Assembly (NCBI GenBank): GCA_050084515.1
Contig: CM114271.1
Span: forward strand, 36,270,001 to 36,334,000
Source: Blasia pusilla
Lineage: Eukaryota
Length of the DNA stretch: 64,000 nucleotides
Direction of reading: 5' to 3'
Positions 26,598 to 37,792 of this stretch are shown piece by piece (the first letter of the stretch is position 1; each line of letters begins with the position of its first letter). Under the pieces are notes generated by a model that was not told the origin of the DNA, made no database searches, and was given only the letters and a program-made list of their open reading frames with translations. The translations under genes and the position numbers were made by a program.

Positions 26598-28900
26598 ATG
26601 GAGACTTGGGAGCCAGATATGGGCCCGAAGTTGACAGGAGGAGAGCGGCGTTGGATACACCAGTTCCTTAGGAGTTATAGGAGTTGTTTTATATTTAGTA
26701 TGCATGATTTGGATACAGTGAAGGGTCCAAGGATCCGCATTGAGTTGTCGAGTGACACGCTGATCTTCCCAGGACCCTACAGGTACAGTGACATGGAGAG
26801 GGCTCTGATTCAGAGTAGGAGCCAAGACTTGGTGGGAGCAAGACTAGTGGAGATGTCGCATGGAGAGTATGCATTTCCGATTGTCATGCCCGCCAAGAAG
26901 GATGTGCATGGCAACAGGAAGGATAGGCGAATGTGTGGAGATTACTGACCTATCAATCGGCAGACGAAGTCCAATAGATATGTCATGCCCACCCCTGAGG
27001 AGATGTTTGATGCGATTGGGCATGCAAAGATCTTCAGTTCATTGGATTTGCGAGCCCAATACCATCAACTGCATATCAAATTGGAGGACATGCAGAATAC
27101 GATATTTTGGGGCATCGATCCTCACGGGAAGGATTGTTTGTACCAGTGGCGGTTCTTACCATTCACGTTAAAGAACGCCCCGGATGAGTTTCAGAGGGTC
27201 ATGGATAGGATCTTGGCAAGTCTGGATTTTGCTAGATGTTATATTGATGACATAGTAGTCTTTAGCGCCACGGTTGAGGAGCATGAACGACATCTAGAGG
27301 AGGTATTTGGACGATTGCAGTTACATGGGCTGAAGCTACATCCAAGCAAGTGCAAGTTCTTCTACAACCAGATTGAGTACTTGGGTCATACGATATACCC
27401 AGAGGGCCTTGGTGTGCAACACACGAAGGCAGAGGCTATTTCACGCATTCCACGCCCTACAGATGTGAGTCAAGTTTGTGCATTCATGGGATTGGCAAAC
27501 TTCTATTGACGGTACGTCAAGGATTTCAGTTTGATTGCGAAGCCGCTAACCTTGATGACCTAGGTGGATCAGGAGTGGCACTGGGGGGATGAGCAAGAGA
27601 GAGCATTTTAGATGCTCAAGGAAAGATTGATGTCCGCGCCCATATTGAGGAGACCGATAAGGGGACGTCCTTTCCAGTTGCATACTGATTGGAGCATGTT
27701 GTGGCTTGGAGCCTTGCTCACCCAACATGAAGATGATGGTAGAGAGTTCATGGTGGCTTATGCTAGTCGCTCGAACAATGCTGCACAGGCAAAGTATAGC
27801 TCGTATGAGGGTGAATGCTTGGCTGCAGTGTGGGCTGTCATACATTTCAGATGTTATCTATTTGGCAATCCCTTTACTAGAGAGCAAGATTGGATCTTAC
27901 AACGAGCCAGACGGTTCGGATGGGAGGGGACACATGTGGTGCGAGTTTGGAAGGATGGTAGAGTGTGTGTGGTGCCTCATCCTTCGTAGAGAGCAGGTTT
28001 GGTGCGTCATGCCCACGAGGAGTTGGGTCATTTTGGAGTAAAGCGGACGTATAGCTTGCTCTAGATACAGTATTGGTGGCAAGGCATAAGATTGACGTTC
28101 AGCAGTTTGTTGCTAGGTGCATGGTGTGTGATTGAGTTTGAGCATCGTTCAATGCTCCAACTCCATAGTTGCATGCACTTACGATCATGGGCTTATGTTA
28201 TAGATGGAGTTTGGATTTTGCAGAACCTTTGCCTTTGACGGAGCGTCATAGTCGTTATGTGTTGGTGATGGTCGAGGCAGGAAATGCAACCAACTCTATC
28301 GAAGTGGATAGAGTTGGTTGCATTGCCAGATAAAGCGAGTGAGGGAGTAGCGTATGCCTTCCTAGATCGAGTGCTGAGTCATTACGGTGCACCAGCTGAG
28401 GTGTTGACAGACCAGGGTACAGAGTTCCGCGGGGAGTTTCAGGCCTTGTGTGATCAGGCACTAATCGACCTCTGCACTACTTCGCGAGATCATCTTGAGG
28501 TGGATGGACTAGCGGAGCGGGTTGTGCGCACGGTGGAGAGAAGACTACGCAAGTATGGCTTGCAGAGAGGTCACCTAAGAGATTGGGACCTTCAGTTGCC
28601 GTGGTTGGCGATGGGATACAGATTCAGCACGCAGGCATACTTTGCGTTTTTATGGCCGTGAGCCAGATTTACCTGCGGCCATTCATCGAGATAGTGGTGA
28701 CGTGTTGAACCTTGATGACCCTGATGTATGGATGCGAGCATGTTCTGAGAGGGCTGAGTTGTTTTGGAGAGTAATACCCATGGCGTTTGAAAACTTGGCG
28801 ATTGCGTGACATCGGGATACATAGAGGTAAGCAACTACTCGAGAAGGTGGTTATCGGCCTACTATCTAGAGGTTTCATCAGAGAGAATATGTCTATTTGC
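26598..28900 (+). pseudogene. Gypsy RT, RNase H (internally deleted) and integrase
   Basis: ORF pieces 26598-26948, 26985-27509, 27612-27989 and 28284-28661 share one frame and carry RT, RNase H and integrase motifs. The tail GYRPTI*RFHQREYVYL ends at 28899. Confidence 0.92.
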
Positions 28901-29128
28901 CCAAACATGTCCAAACCCGACATTCCAGAAGAAAGTTATGAAAGAAATTGGAAACACCAAGAAAGAGGATGTGAGGAGTAAGTGAGCCACCCACCAATGA
29001 CCGCTATGGGAGAATGAGTTCGTAATGTTGGGCCCAGCCCGTATCAAAAGATCCAGAATAGAAAGAGGAATCCCTTAAATCGATGGTAACCCGGTATCAC
29101 TCTATAAGGAGAGCGCTATGTTTGAAAT

Positions 29129-29592
29129 TGTCGTGTGCATACACATCGCTACACAACATACATCGCTGTCACCGAACACACACAAAAACACGCACGATCC
29201 CATGCTAACTCATGGTGTCCAAACAACGAGACAAGAAGTAACAAAATATCTCCAATTAAAATAAGATCCAATCTCTCTCACAACACCACAGTTCTCACAT
29301 GTGTGCACTCTCACACGTCTCTCTTAATGTCAAACCAAACCCACTCTCCTAATGAGAGGCTTGGATTACAACACAAGGCAAGCAAAACCATAGCTCCGCA
29401 GCCTCATGCCAAGAGGTTCAACAAAGATAGAATGAGCTCTCAAGCTCTCTCTCCTTGAGGTATACCCCTCCCCTCTCCCAAGCTCTCTCCATGGTAACCT
29501 ATGCTCCCAAGTCATCTCCTTGGCTCTTGACCTGATGTAGGAGGTCAAGGGCCACTTACCAAAAATAGAAATTTGATCATATTCTCAAAATG
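29129..29592 (-). repeat. 3' LTR (5'-truncated) of the gypsy element, lying in the inverted segment
   Basis: Reverse-complement match to 20497-20832. It ends ...AGCGATGTGTATGCACACGACA, like the LTR-like end at ~41246. Confidence 0.8.
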
Positions 29593-29593
29593 T

Positions 29594-29934
29594 ACATATG
29601 GGATACATCCATCGTCTCTAAGGAACCATAGTGAGAGGTGGCGTTAAACATGCCATATGCGATCATCTTGAACATCCATCACACACTAGCATAGTGGCTG
29701 CACCACGGGCGGAACCACACAACATACACCGCAAGCCTGCAAGAACTATTGCTAAGCTCGGATCAATTGTACCGTCAATATTTGGAAGATGGCATGGCGC
29801 ACAGTTACGCACATGGTCCTTCCAAACCATACCATCACATTCCTCCAATAAGAGAACAACGGATGGCAAAACCTCACGCACTCTCAAGATGGTGCGCCCT
29901 GTAGTCACATCCAAGGTTGTGGGTGTCGTATTTC
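29594..29934 (-). pseudogene. Integrase C-terminal extension with a PHD finger (inverted 3' end of pol)
   Basis: TTPTTLDVTTGRTILRVRE...CMLCGSARGAATMLVCDGCSR*SHMACLTPPLTMVP*RRWMYPIC fits the C4-H-C3 PHD pattern with one Cys>Tyr change and two stops. Confidence 0.82.
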
Positions 29935-29935
29935 G

Positions 29936-32900
29936 ATTGTTTTAACAAGCTCATTCTTTTCATATCAAGTAGGTTTTCTAGTTTTTCTTCCTTCTCTGTA
30001 AGCGCCTATTTTTGTGTACAGGTTTGTTTATGTCAATTCCTCCCAAAAGTCTTCCTTGCTCTTTCAACTCCTTACCTTACTGTTTCGCCCCTACATACAT
30101 TTGCCATCTCCTTAAGGACATGAGAATTTCATATTCTTGAGCCACCTCTTCCGATACCATATAGATCACTTTTCCTTTTCAATTTCTTTTTATATTTTTC
30201 TTATAATAACTTTCAATCATAAATTTGGTGTTGCCTAATCTTCATCTCTCCATCTAAATTTCTTTTGAACGTATTCCACTACTTTTGCTTTGCTCCTTAT
30301 CCTCATGCTTTCTCCAAACCACGTTTTATATGTCTTTCCTTGTCTTCGATAACTTGCCTATTTTTACTTCTATGTCATCAGAGATGGAGTTAGATTTTCC
30401 ATCTACTCGCTTATGTGGTTTTACACCCCCTCCTACAGCCGCAACCTCTCCCCCTAGTTCACCTCCTCATCGTAGATCTCGCCATTTTCCTCCAGATTTT
30501 CCACCCATTACACTCGCTATATTTCTTCTGAATTCTCCTCTTCTCCCTTCTTCGCCTTGTCCTATTGACCCTAATCTTGATCCATTATTACCGAATCCTT
30601 CTACTTTGCCATCTCCACATATCTCATCTATGCCCTTGCTTCCAACTCCCATCTATTCTACCCAAATCTCCCCTCTTCCTCCTCCTCCTTCCCCAACCTA
30701 CTTACCCCCTCATCGTTGGCCATCACCATCTCTTGCACCTCCCACCTCCTCTCCTTGTAACCCTTCTACTTCTCCATTTGTACCAAAGGTTCGTTGCATA
30801 CCTTGTGGTAAGGAGTTTGCTCCTAATGGGATCAAAAGACACCAGCGGTAGTGTCGATCCATGCATAGGCCTTCAATCCCTAACCCGATACCATCTCCTA
30901 CTGCACTCCCCACAACAATTGCTTGGACCTAGTTAAGCCAAATTGATCTCCTTTGCTCTTTCCATCTAGGTCTTCCTCATCCTAGACTCTGCACTCGCAT
31001 TCCTATTGCTCTTCGCCCCATCACCCAACAAGCTTTGCTTTTCCCACAAGAAATGTTAGCTCGTGATCCCACAGATATCAATGCTTGGTATCTCCTATTA
31101 CTCTTCCCACAATGGGTTTTAGTCCTCCCTCCAAGGGATGGTGCAACGGGTCATCGTGAAACCTCCACATGTATTCAACTCTTTATGTATGGGGATTGGG
31201 AGAATCTTCAGAATAAGCATGTATTTCGATTAGAGGCCTTAGATGTGGCTCATCCCACTGAACATGCCAATCATGGGAGGCCTTCAATACAACAACGCCT
31301 TCGACAAAGTCTACTTTTGGGGCATATTGGTGAGTTTTCATGTGCAGCTCAAGCATTGGGTCCTCTTTCTCCGGCGGTTCCAAGTGTGGAAATAGTGGCT
31401 CTCTTAGAAGCTCTTCATCCTCCTTCAAGTGGCGATGCTCCACCTTTTGTGGAAGACTATACAACGGACCTTGACTTGGAGCTTGACTTGGAGGTTTCCA
31501 CAAGGGCTTTTCTGCATACTCCTCGCTTATCAGCAAGCGGGCTATCAAGGATGGTTTTTAAGCATCTCCGCGATTGCTTTATCCCAACAGATTTAGGAAG
31601 TGGCTTTGTCTCTCTATATAAGGTGTGTGCACATATGGCGGCAGGTCGTCTCCCATTCTCTATCTCTAGGCTCTTAGGGGCTTGTCTTTTGTTGGCTATG
31701 GATAAGCCTCCTTAAGGTGTGCGCCCTTTGGCTATTGGAGAGGTTTTATACCGCTTGGTTAGTCGATCCCTATGCTTGCAATTTCATCCACACTTTAGTG
31801 CCCACTTATTTCCTCATCAATTAGGAGTGGCAACTCCTGGAGGTTGTGAGGTTGTGGTGCATGGGATTCGCTCCACTCTTGATATTCATCCAAAGTGGGT
31901 AGCAATTCAAGTCGATGTGGCTAACGCATTCCATTCAATTTCTCATGCGGCCATCTTTGAGGAGTTACGTTGTGCAAGAGGACAACTCGCGAGCCTCATT
32001 CCATTTGTTTGCTCCTTCTATGCCTATGATATGCCCATTTTCTATTCCCATCATGCTACTTCTGGGGAATATAGTATTCTACAATTGGCTTGTAGCACAC
32101 ATCAAGGTGATGCCATGGGTGGCCCACTCTTTGCCATTGCCCATTTTTGTGCCCTTCAAGCATCACCGCAAGCATTTCCATCTTGTCTTTTCCCTTCTAT
32201 TGTTGATGACACTCACATTATAGGTCCTCCTTCTGAAGTGGTTCTTGCTTATACCCATTTCGTGGAGCAACTCTCTTTCTTAAACCTTAAAGTCCAACCT
32301 AGTAAATGTGGAGTATGGTCTCCTTCATGTCTTCCCTCATCATTCACCCCACCTACTCCTGATTTTCCCATCTACATTGAAGGGGTTAGAGTTCTTGGGG
32401 TCCCATTTGGCTTCATTGACTATGTCTCAAAGTTCTTGGATGAGGCCCTTTTGAAAGACATCGAATGGCTTCATTTGTTACCTCATCTAGGGGATCCCCA
32501 AGTGGCTTATGGGATTCTCTCCCAATGTTTTCTACAACATCTTTCTTACCTTTTCGCACTTGTCCTCCCACTTCAAGGTTCTTACATTGGTTGGCCTCTT
32601 TTGATGCTTTTATCTTGGCAACTTTTGGTCAACTTCTTGGCCCGAATACCTTTGAGGGAGAGGATGGTGTCTTTGCTTTATGACAAGCTATCTTGGCTAC
32701 TTCTTTTGGAGGGGTGGGACTGTCCTCCATAGTCGCATCTGCTCCCGCAGCCTTTTTGGGGAGTTGGGCGTTGGTAGCATCGATTATGGTTTCTCCAAGG
32801 AGATACACCTATCTTGATGGATGATATCGCCCATGTAGAGGAGAGGGACTTCTTATTTCAACAAAAATTGAGATCTGCACGAGCTCTTCTTCCTCTTGCT

Positions 32901-33655
32901 ACACAAGCAATTCTACCCCATTTTAGTCAACTGATTATGGAAGGGATTGATCGACTTCAAGAGCATATCTCCGAGAATTTGCATCAAATCAACTTTTCCA
33001 ACATTCTCTCCGAGGCATCATTTAACGCTAATCGAGCTCGTCTAGGTTCATGTGCGGGTACCAGAGCGGGGGCGTGGCTTAATCCAAATCCTCTTATTCT
33101 TCCATTTCGTCTTCCTCAAAGTATATTCTTGACAGCTTTGCGGTTACGTCTTGGACTTCCCCATCCTTCTCTCTTAGGTGTGTCGAATTGTGTATGCGGG
33201 GATGCCATTGATGCCAAGGGTATCCATATTCTCCGATGTGCACATGGTGGAGAATGAACGGCCACACATGATGTCATTAGAGAGGCGGTAGCATCGGTGG
33301 CTCATACTGCAGGATACGCCGTTGGGCAAGAGCAACTCCATGTCCTACCTTCAACCATACAAGCAACCTCTCATCGGAGAGTGGATCTTGTTATGTCTTG
33401 AAGTGGATTTTGGACACTAGGTGATGTGGTGGTTGCTGATCCAACACATTATGACTTGGTATGTCGAGCCGTACATACCAAAGGTTTGGCGGCCAAAGCT
33501 GCAGCAAGAATCGAGGAGTTAAGTTATGTTGTGAGACATGCAACTGATGGATTTATTCCTTTTGCAGTGGAAGTATTCAGTCATTTACATGTGTCTTTTG
33601 ATACTTTCTTGAAAACATGTGTTCACCACTCCCTCGAGAATCATCATCTGGCCCC
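29936..33655 (+). mobile_element. Non-LTR retrotransposon with a restriction-like endonuclease (CRE/R2-type architecture), degenerate, 3'-truncated
   Basis: Pro-rich N-terminus with zinc finger CIPCGKEFAPNGIKRHQR*C; RT motifs RPLAIGEVLYRL, QVDVANAF, HQGDAMGG, IVDDTHI; CCHC CVCGDAIDAKGIHILRC followed by HD and RRVDLV...DVVVADP. No APE-like domain seen. Confidence 0.82.
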
Positions 33656-33659
33656 TTCG

Positions 33660-34130
33660 TGTAGTCCTTCTGCTGAACACCTAACCCACTCGGGTATATG
33701 GTGTGTCCTAAGTACTCAATCTGCTCCTAAAAGAATCTACACTTGCCTGGATGTAACTTGAGTCCATGTAACTGCAATCTCCAAAATATGTCCTCTAGGT
33801 GTCGCTCATGCTCCTCAACCATGGAATTGAAGATAAGAATATCATCTGTGTAACATCATACAAAATCCAAGCCAGTCATAATCCTATCCATCACTCTTTG
33901 AAACTCCGCAGGCGCGTTCTTCAACCCAAATGATAAGAACCGCCACTAATACAAGCAATCTCTCCCAAACCGATCTATCCTCGAGAATGTTGTCTTCTCC
34001 CTATCCTCCAACCTGATAGGAAGCTGATCATAGCTAGCACGGAGATCTAAAGTACTGAATATCTTTGCATGCCCTACCGCATCAAAGATCTCCTCACGAG
34101 TAGGCATGACATACCGATCTAACCTCGTAT
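33660..34130 (-). pseudogene. RT fragment of the same gypsy family as 26950-27430
   Basis: DRYVMPTREEIFDAVGHAKIFSTLDLRA...GLKNAPAEFQRVMDRI...EEHERHLED...LHGLKLHPGKC...IEYLGHTIYP closely parallels ORF 26985-27509. Confidence 0.88.
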
Positions 34131-36499
34131 GTGGGATGGCCATTCGGCATTAACTCGCAGCGAGGCTTTAAATTCTGCTCCTTGCGAGCACATACATCCC
34201 GTGTCCATAAATCTCATTTCATACAACTCCTCCTTTCTCCTATTTGAAGTCCAACCAGTCAATAAAAATGAAAATTTGTGTTAGATTTGTGGAGAAAAAA
34301 CTATGTTATTGATGCAAGACAACAAATGTGCGCATAAATAATAGAGAACTGTACCATTTGTTTCATCTATTTGGAACGATATCTATTGATGAAATTGCTG
34401 GCGGGGTAACATCTTCGCTTGGGCTTGGTGTTGCACATGATTGTGTCCTACTACGGTGTACATTTGCATTGTCGACTCCATTTCCTTGAACTAGTTGAGG
34501 CAGAGCGGACAGGAATGGTACTCCTCCCTTGCATGAGTGAAAACAAACATATTTGATTTAGTATTGTCCTCTCCCACACAAAAAGAAATCTCAATCACAA
34601 CTAACTCAATTGAAAACTTACCCATGGTGGTTGCTGGGAGGTTTGCCCAACCGGAGGCCATTGAGGTTGAAATTGATTTTGGTAACCCATTGGACTTTGC
34701 ATCATCACGGGAAGCAACCATGGCATCTGGTTTGTTGACCATGATGGAGGGGGATATGGCTGTTGTCCAACGTGTGAAATAGACGGAGGCTTCCCTTTTG
34801 GCTGCTATTGTGAATGAACTTATTAGGGTATACTTTAAAAAACTTAATGCCAATCATCAAACTCTATAGAAACTATTGTACACAATACTACAAGCATGGA
34901 ACTTCCATCTGGTTTACGTGTTCCTCCCCTGAATTCGGAGGCTACATAGTTGATTGAAGGAGAACTTCAGATCTTGGGGGAAAAGACACTGGATCCATCG
35001 TTGTAGGCTGCCAACAAGCAACCAACAAATGAGTATAGATCAACTCTTCGGCAAATGAATGTCAGTGGCATGAAGGAATGCCAAAATAACTCAAATGAAA
35101 TGAATTTACCCTCCCATCTTCTAGCCAATTCTCATCATCATCATCTGATGTATAGTGTCACATATCGGATATTGGCTTGTAATCCTGGTCTTTTGATTTG
35201 GTGTCTTGGCTGCATTCAGCTTCAAATATAAGTATTTGAAGATTCCCTTTCCCTTCCAACCGCACACTCCGCCCTGGTTGAAGACATGGATTACATTCAT
35301 GAAGGGACTTGCGAGGCTTCACAACCCTCGGCTTGTTGAACCTTTCAATTATACAAACAACCATATTAGGAGAGAGAGAGATAGAGAGGCATCGGGAACT
35401 ATAATAAGAGACATATGTACAAGGTCCTCATCAAAGTAACAGAGATCAGATCAGAAAAGCAATAATTTCCAATTGCAAATTGCACTCAAGCTGTTTTTGT
35501 AAGTATGCAGCGGATGACTTCATCGCTATACCTACCTCGGTTTCTCCCAAAGGCTACTAGAATTTCTAATAAGCTCCATCGGATATGATTGGAAATTTTT
35601 GGACACTTCACTGGTGTGCAACTTCCCTCCTACACTCGGCTTCACCTTGAGAATGATCCGAGGCTCATGATTATCCTATGAGGCCAACTGACTAGAACAA
35701 CTGGGAAAAATACACAAGTTGAAGTGTCCATCTCACCTGATGTACAACGTTTACGTGAAATGTGCCAACGACTTTCCGCAACACAACTGAATATGGAGCT
35801 ACGAGCTCTTCGCCACTCACATAGCGCTTCTTGCCAATGGACATGTGAAAGCTTTGGTTCATATTCCACTACAGAGGTTCTATTTCTCTCGAAGGAATCG
35901 ATGGCTTCTTGTTCACGGGTGGAAACAAAAAAGCGGAAAAACAAGGGCGCCGAGCAGTCGATGCAATGCGGGTTGAGTTCAGGTTTCTCACCTGAAGTTC
36001 ACTTGGAGTCTGAGTTGACGACAATGATACCAATCCCTAAGGCACATACATTCCCTTTTGCATTTCCAGCTTGCTCGCCAATGTGCCACAAACATTAGCA
36101 TTCCCTTCCCCCGGTGCAAACCTTCACGGCCCTCTGTTCCTCACTACTCTCGAGCTCCCTGCCTGCAACGCCCACGCAATGTCTCCCTCCATTGCAAGTC
36201 GACTCGAAACTGGACCCAAACCTCCGGTCACGTCAACATGGTTCGAAATGCCTTGTCACGATGGACCATGTGCCACTTCAGCAAGGTGAGAATGCCCCGT
36301 CACTCTTCTTAGCAGCAAAGTGGGGGGGTTGGACTTCAACTTATTTACTTACCAAGAAAGATTTGCACATGGAAAAACAACATCTACCAACGGCTCTCAC
36401 CAATCCACCATAAGCAACGAGTTCTTACCAACACCTTTTGATAAACACTAAGCCACTACCCAATAGTCTTCTCAACTGTAATTTTTTTCCGGGGTCATC

Positions 36500-37300
36500 C
36501 CAAGCCCATGAACACAAGGGAAAAGAAAAAAATCCTAAATGACCACTCACACATGAAATTAAATTAAAAACCACAAACCCTGAAGAAGGTCTCTGATTTT
36601 TGGCATGAGAATGGGAGCAGAAAAAGAAGATCTGAACCGTTGGCATTTTGGAGGGCGGTATTGCAAAGAGATGTGCCAAGTTTCATCACCATCTAATGGT
36701 TGTTTCAAATGATAGCTCCATGTTAACATGAAAATGACTCTTTGACTTGGAACACTCTTAGAAGACTCTCCTTCTAGACCTCCATTTTCCTTCCCCCACC
36801 CTCAACCAGGGATCCCGAAATCAGGAGACTCCACCCATAGGGGAAACCCAACATAAGGAACACAGGGGAAAAGAAAAATCTACAAATGAACACTCACACA
36901 TGGAATTAAAAATCAGAAACCCTAAAAAAGGTCTCCCATTTTTAGTGTGGGCCTGAATAAAAATATGACATATCTCAACCATTGAGATGGTGAAAAATCG
37001 TTAATACAAAACCTTCAGCCAAGTTTTATGACCATCTAATGGTTGGATGAAAAGATAGATCCATGTGAACATCAAAATGACACTTCGACTTGGAACATTC
37101 CTACTCAAACTCCTCATCCTCCTTCTAGAATCTTTTCCTAGGGGGGCACCCCTAGCCCAGGAAAAATGGGGAAGAGAAAAATCTCCAAATGACCACTCAC
37201 ACATGAAATAAAAAATCGTTAACCCTAAAATTGGTCTTTCATTTTTGGCTTGGCCATCAGCCTGAGGTCCAAACGACAAGAATCTTTTCCCAAAGGGGCA
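36500..37300. repeat. Degenerate tandem repeat, three units of ~300-350 bp
   Basis: GG(A)AA(A)GA..AAATC..CAAATGA(C/A)CACTCACACATG(A/G)AAT...AACCCT recurs near 36520, 36865 and 37168; CCATCTAATGGTTG and GACTTGGAACA recur in register. Confidence 0.65.
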
Positions 37301-37589
37301 CCCCTAGCCCAGGAGTCTTGAGGAAATTTTCACCCTTATCTAATGGTGGGATAAAAAAATATAAGGACTTGGAACAATCCTATTCAAATCTCGTGAGGGT
37401 CAATGGGAACATGGACCCTAAACCTTGCAGGGGACAAAAATCAAGATGTGATACCCAGTGGGGAACCTCAACACCAAGAACTCGGAGAAAATATTAGTGT
37501 TGAAAATTAGGGTGAGAAATTATATCCCTACAGCAATATAAAACGTGATAACATTGGAGCATGAAATCATTTAAACATACCAGTCGTTG

Positions 37590-37792
37590 TTTATGACTCA
37601 CTTTTACTAAGCGAGTTAAACAAGTATGACTCATCTTGACTAAAGAGTATTGATAACCCTAGTAGTCATAAGCAGATGACTAGGTGAGTTGTGCGACCCA
37701 AAATTTTATGACTAAACCATTCAAATCATAATTTGAGTCATTCTTTCGGTAAGTCATTTAAAGTCTAGTCATAAAAACCACCCATTTCTTGT
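37590..37792. repeat. TGACT/AGTCA-rich subterminal-repeat block, probable decayed CACTA end
   Basis: Many ATGACT/AGTCAT motifs ending in ATTTCTTGTCG; same character as 41575-41818. Confidence 0.4.

Larger units (their letters stand above)
20235..29934 (+). mobile_element. Ty3/gypsy LTR retrotransposon, pseudogenised: gag-PR-DNMT-RT-RNaseH-IN-PHD; 3' ~1 kb inverted; 5' boundary approximate
   Basis: gag 22544-23760 with CWSCDGAHHQRDC and CDYYQRYGHTRARC knuckles; protease VLLDSGAQPL (~24618); C5-MTase 25338-26290; RT RMCGDY, LDLRAQYHQ, YIDDIVVF; RNase H FQLHTDWS; integrase HAHEELGHFG, LTDQGTEF, DGLAERVV. Gypsy order (RT-RH-IN). LTR copies at 20497-20832 and 29257-29592. Confidence 0.92.

Noticed and set aside
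20497-29592. DIRS-like element or DNA transposon with long terminal inverted repeats
   Set aside because: The element has a protease and DDE integrase and no tyrosine recombinase. A single inversion restores direct LTRs and the reading frame.
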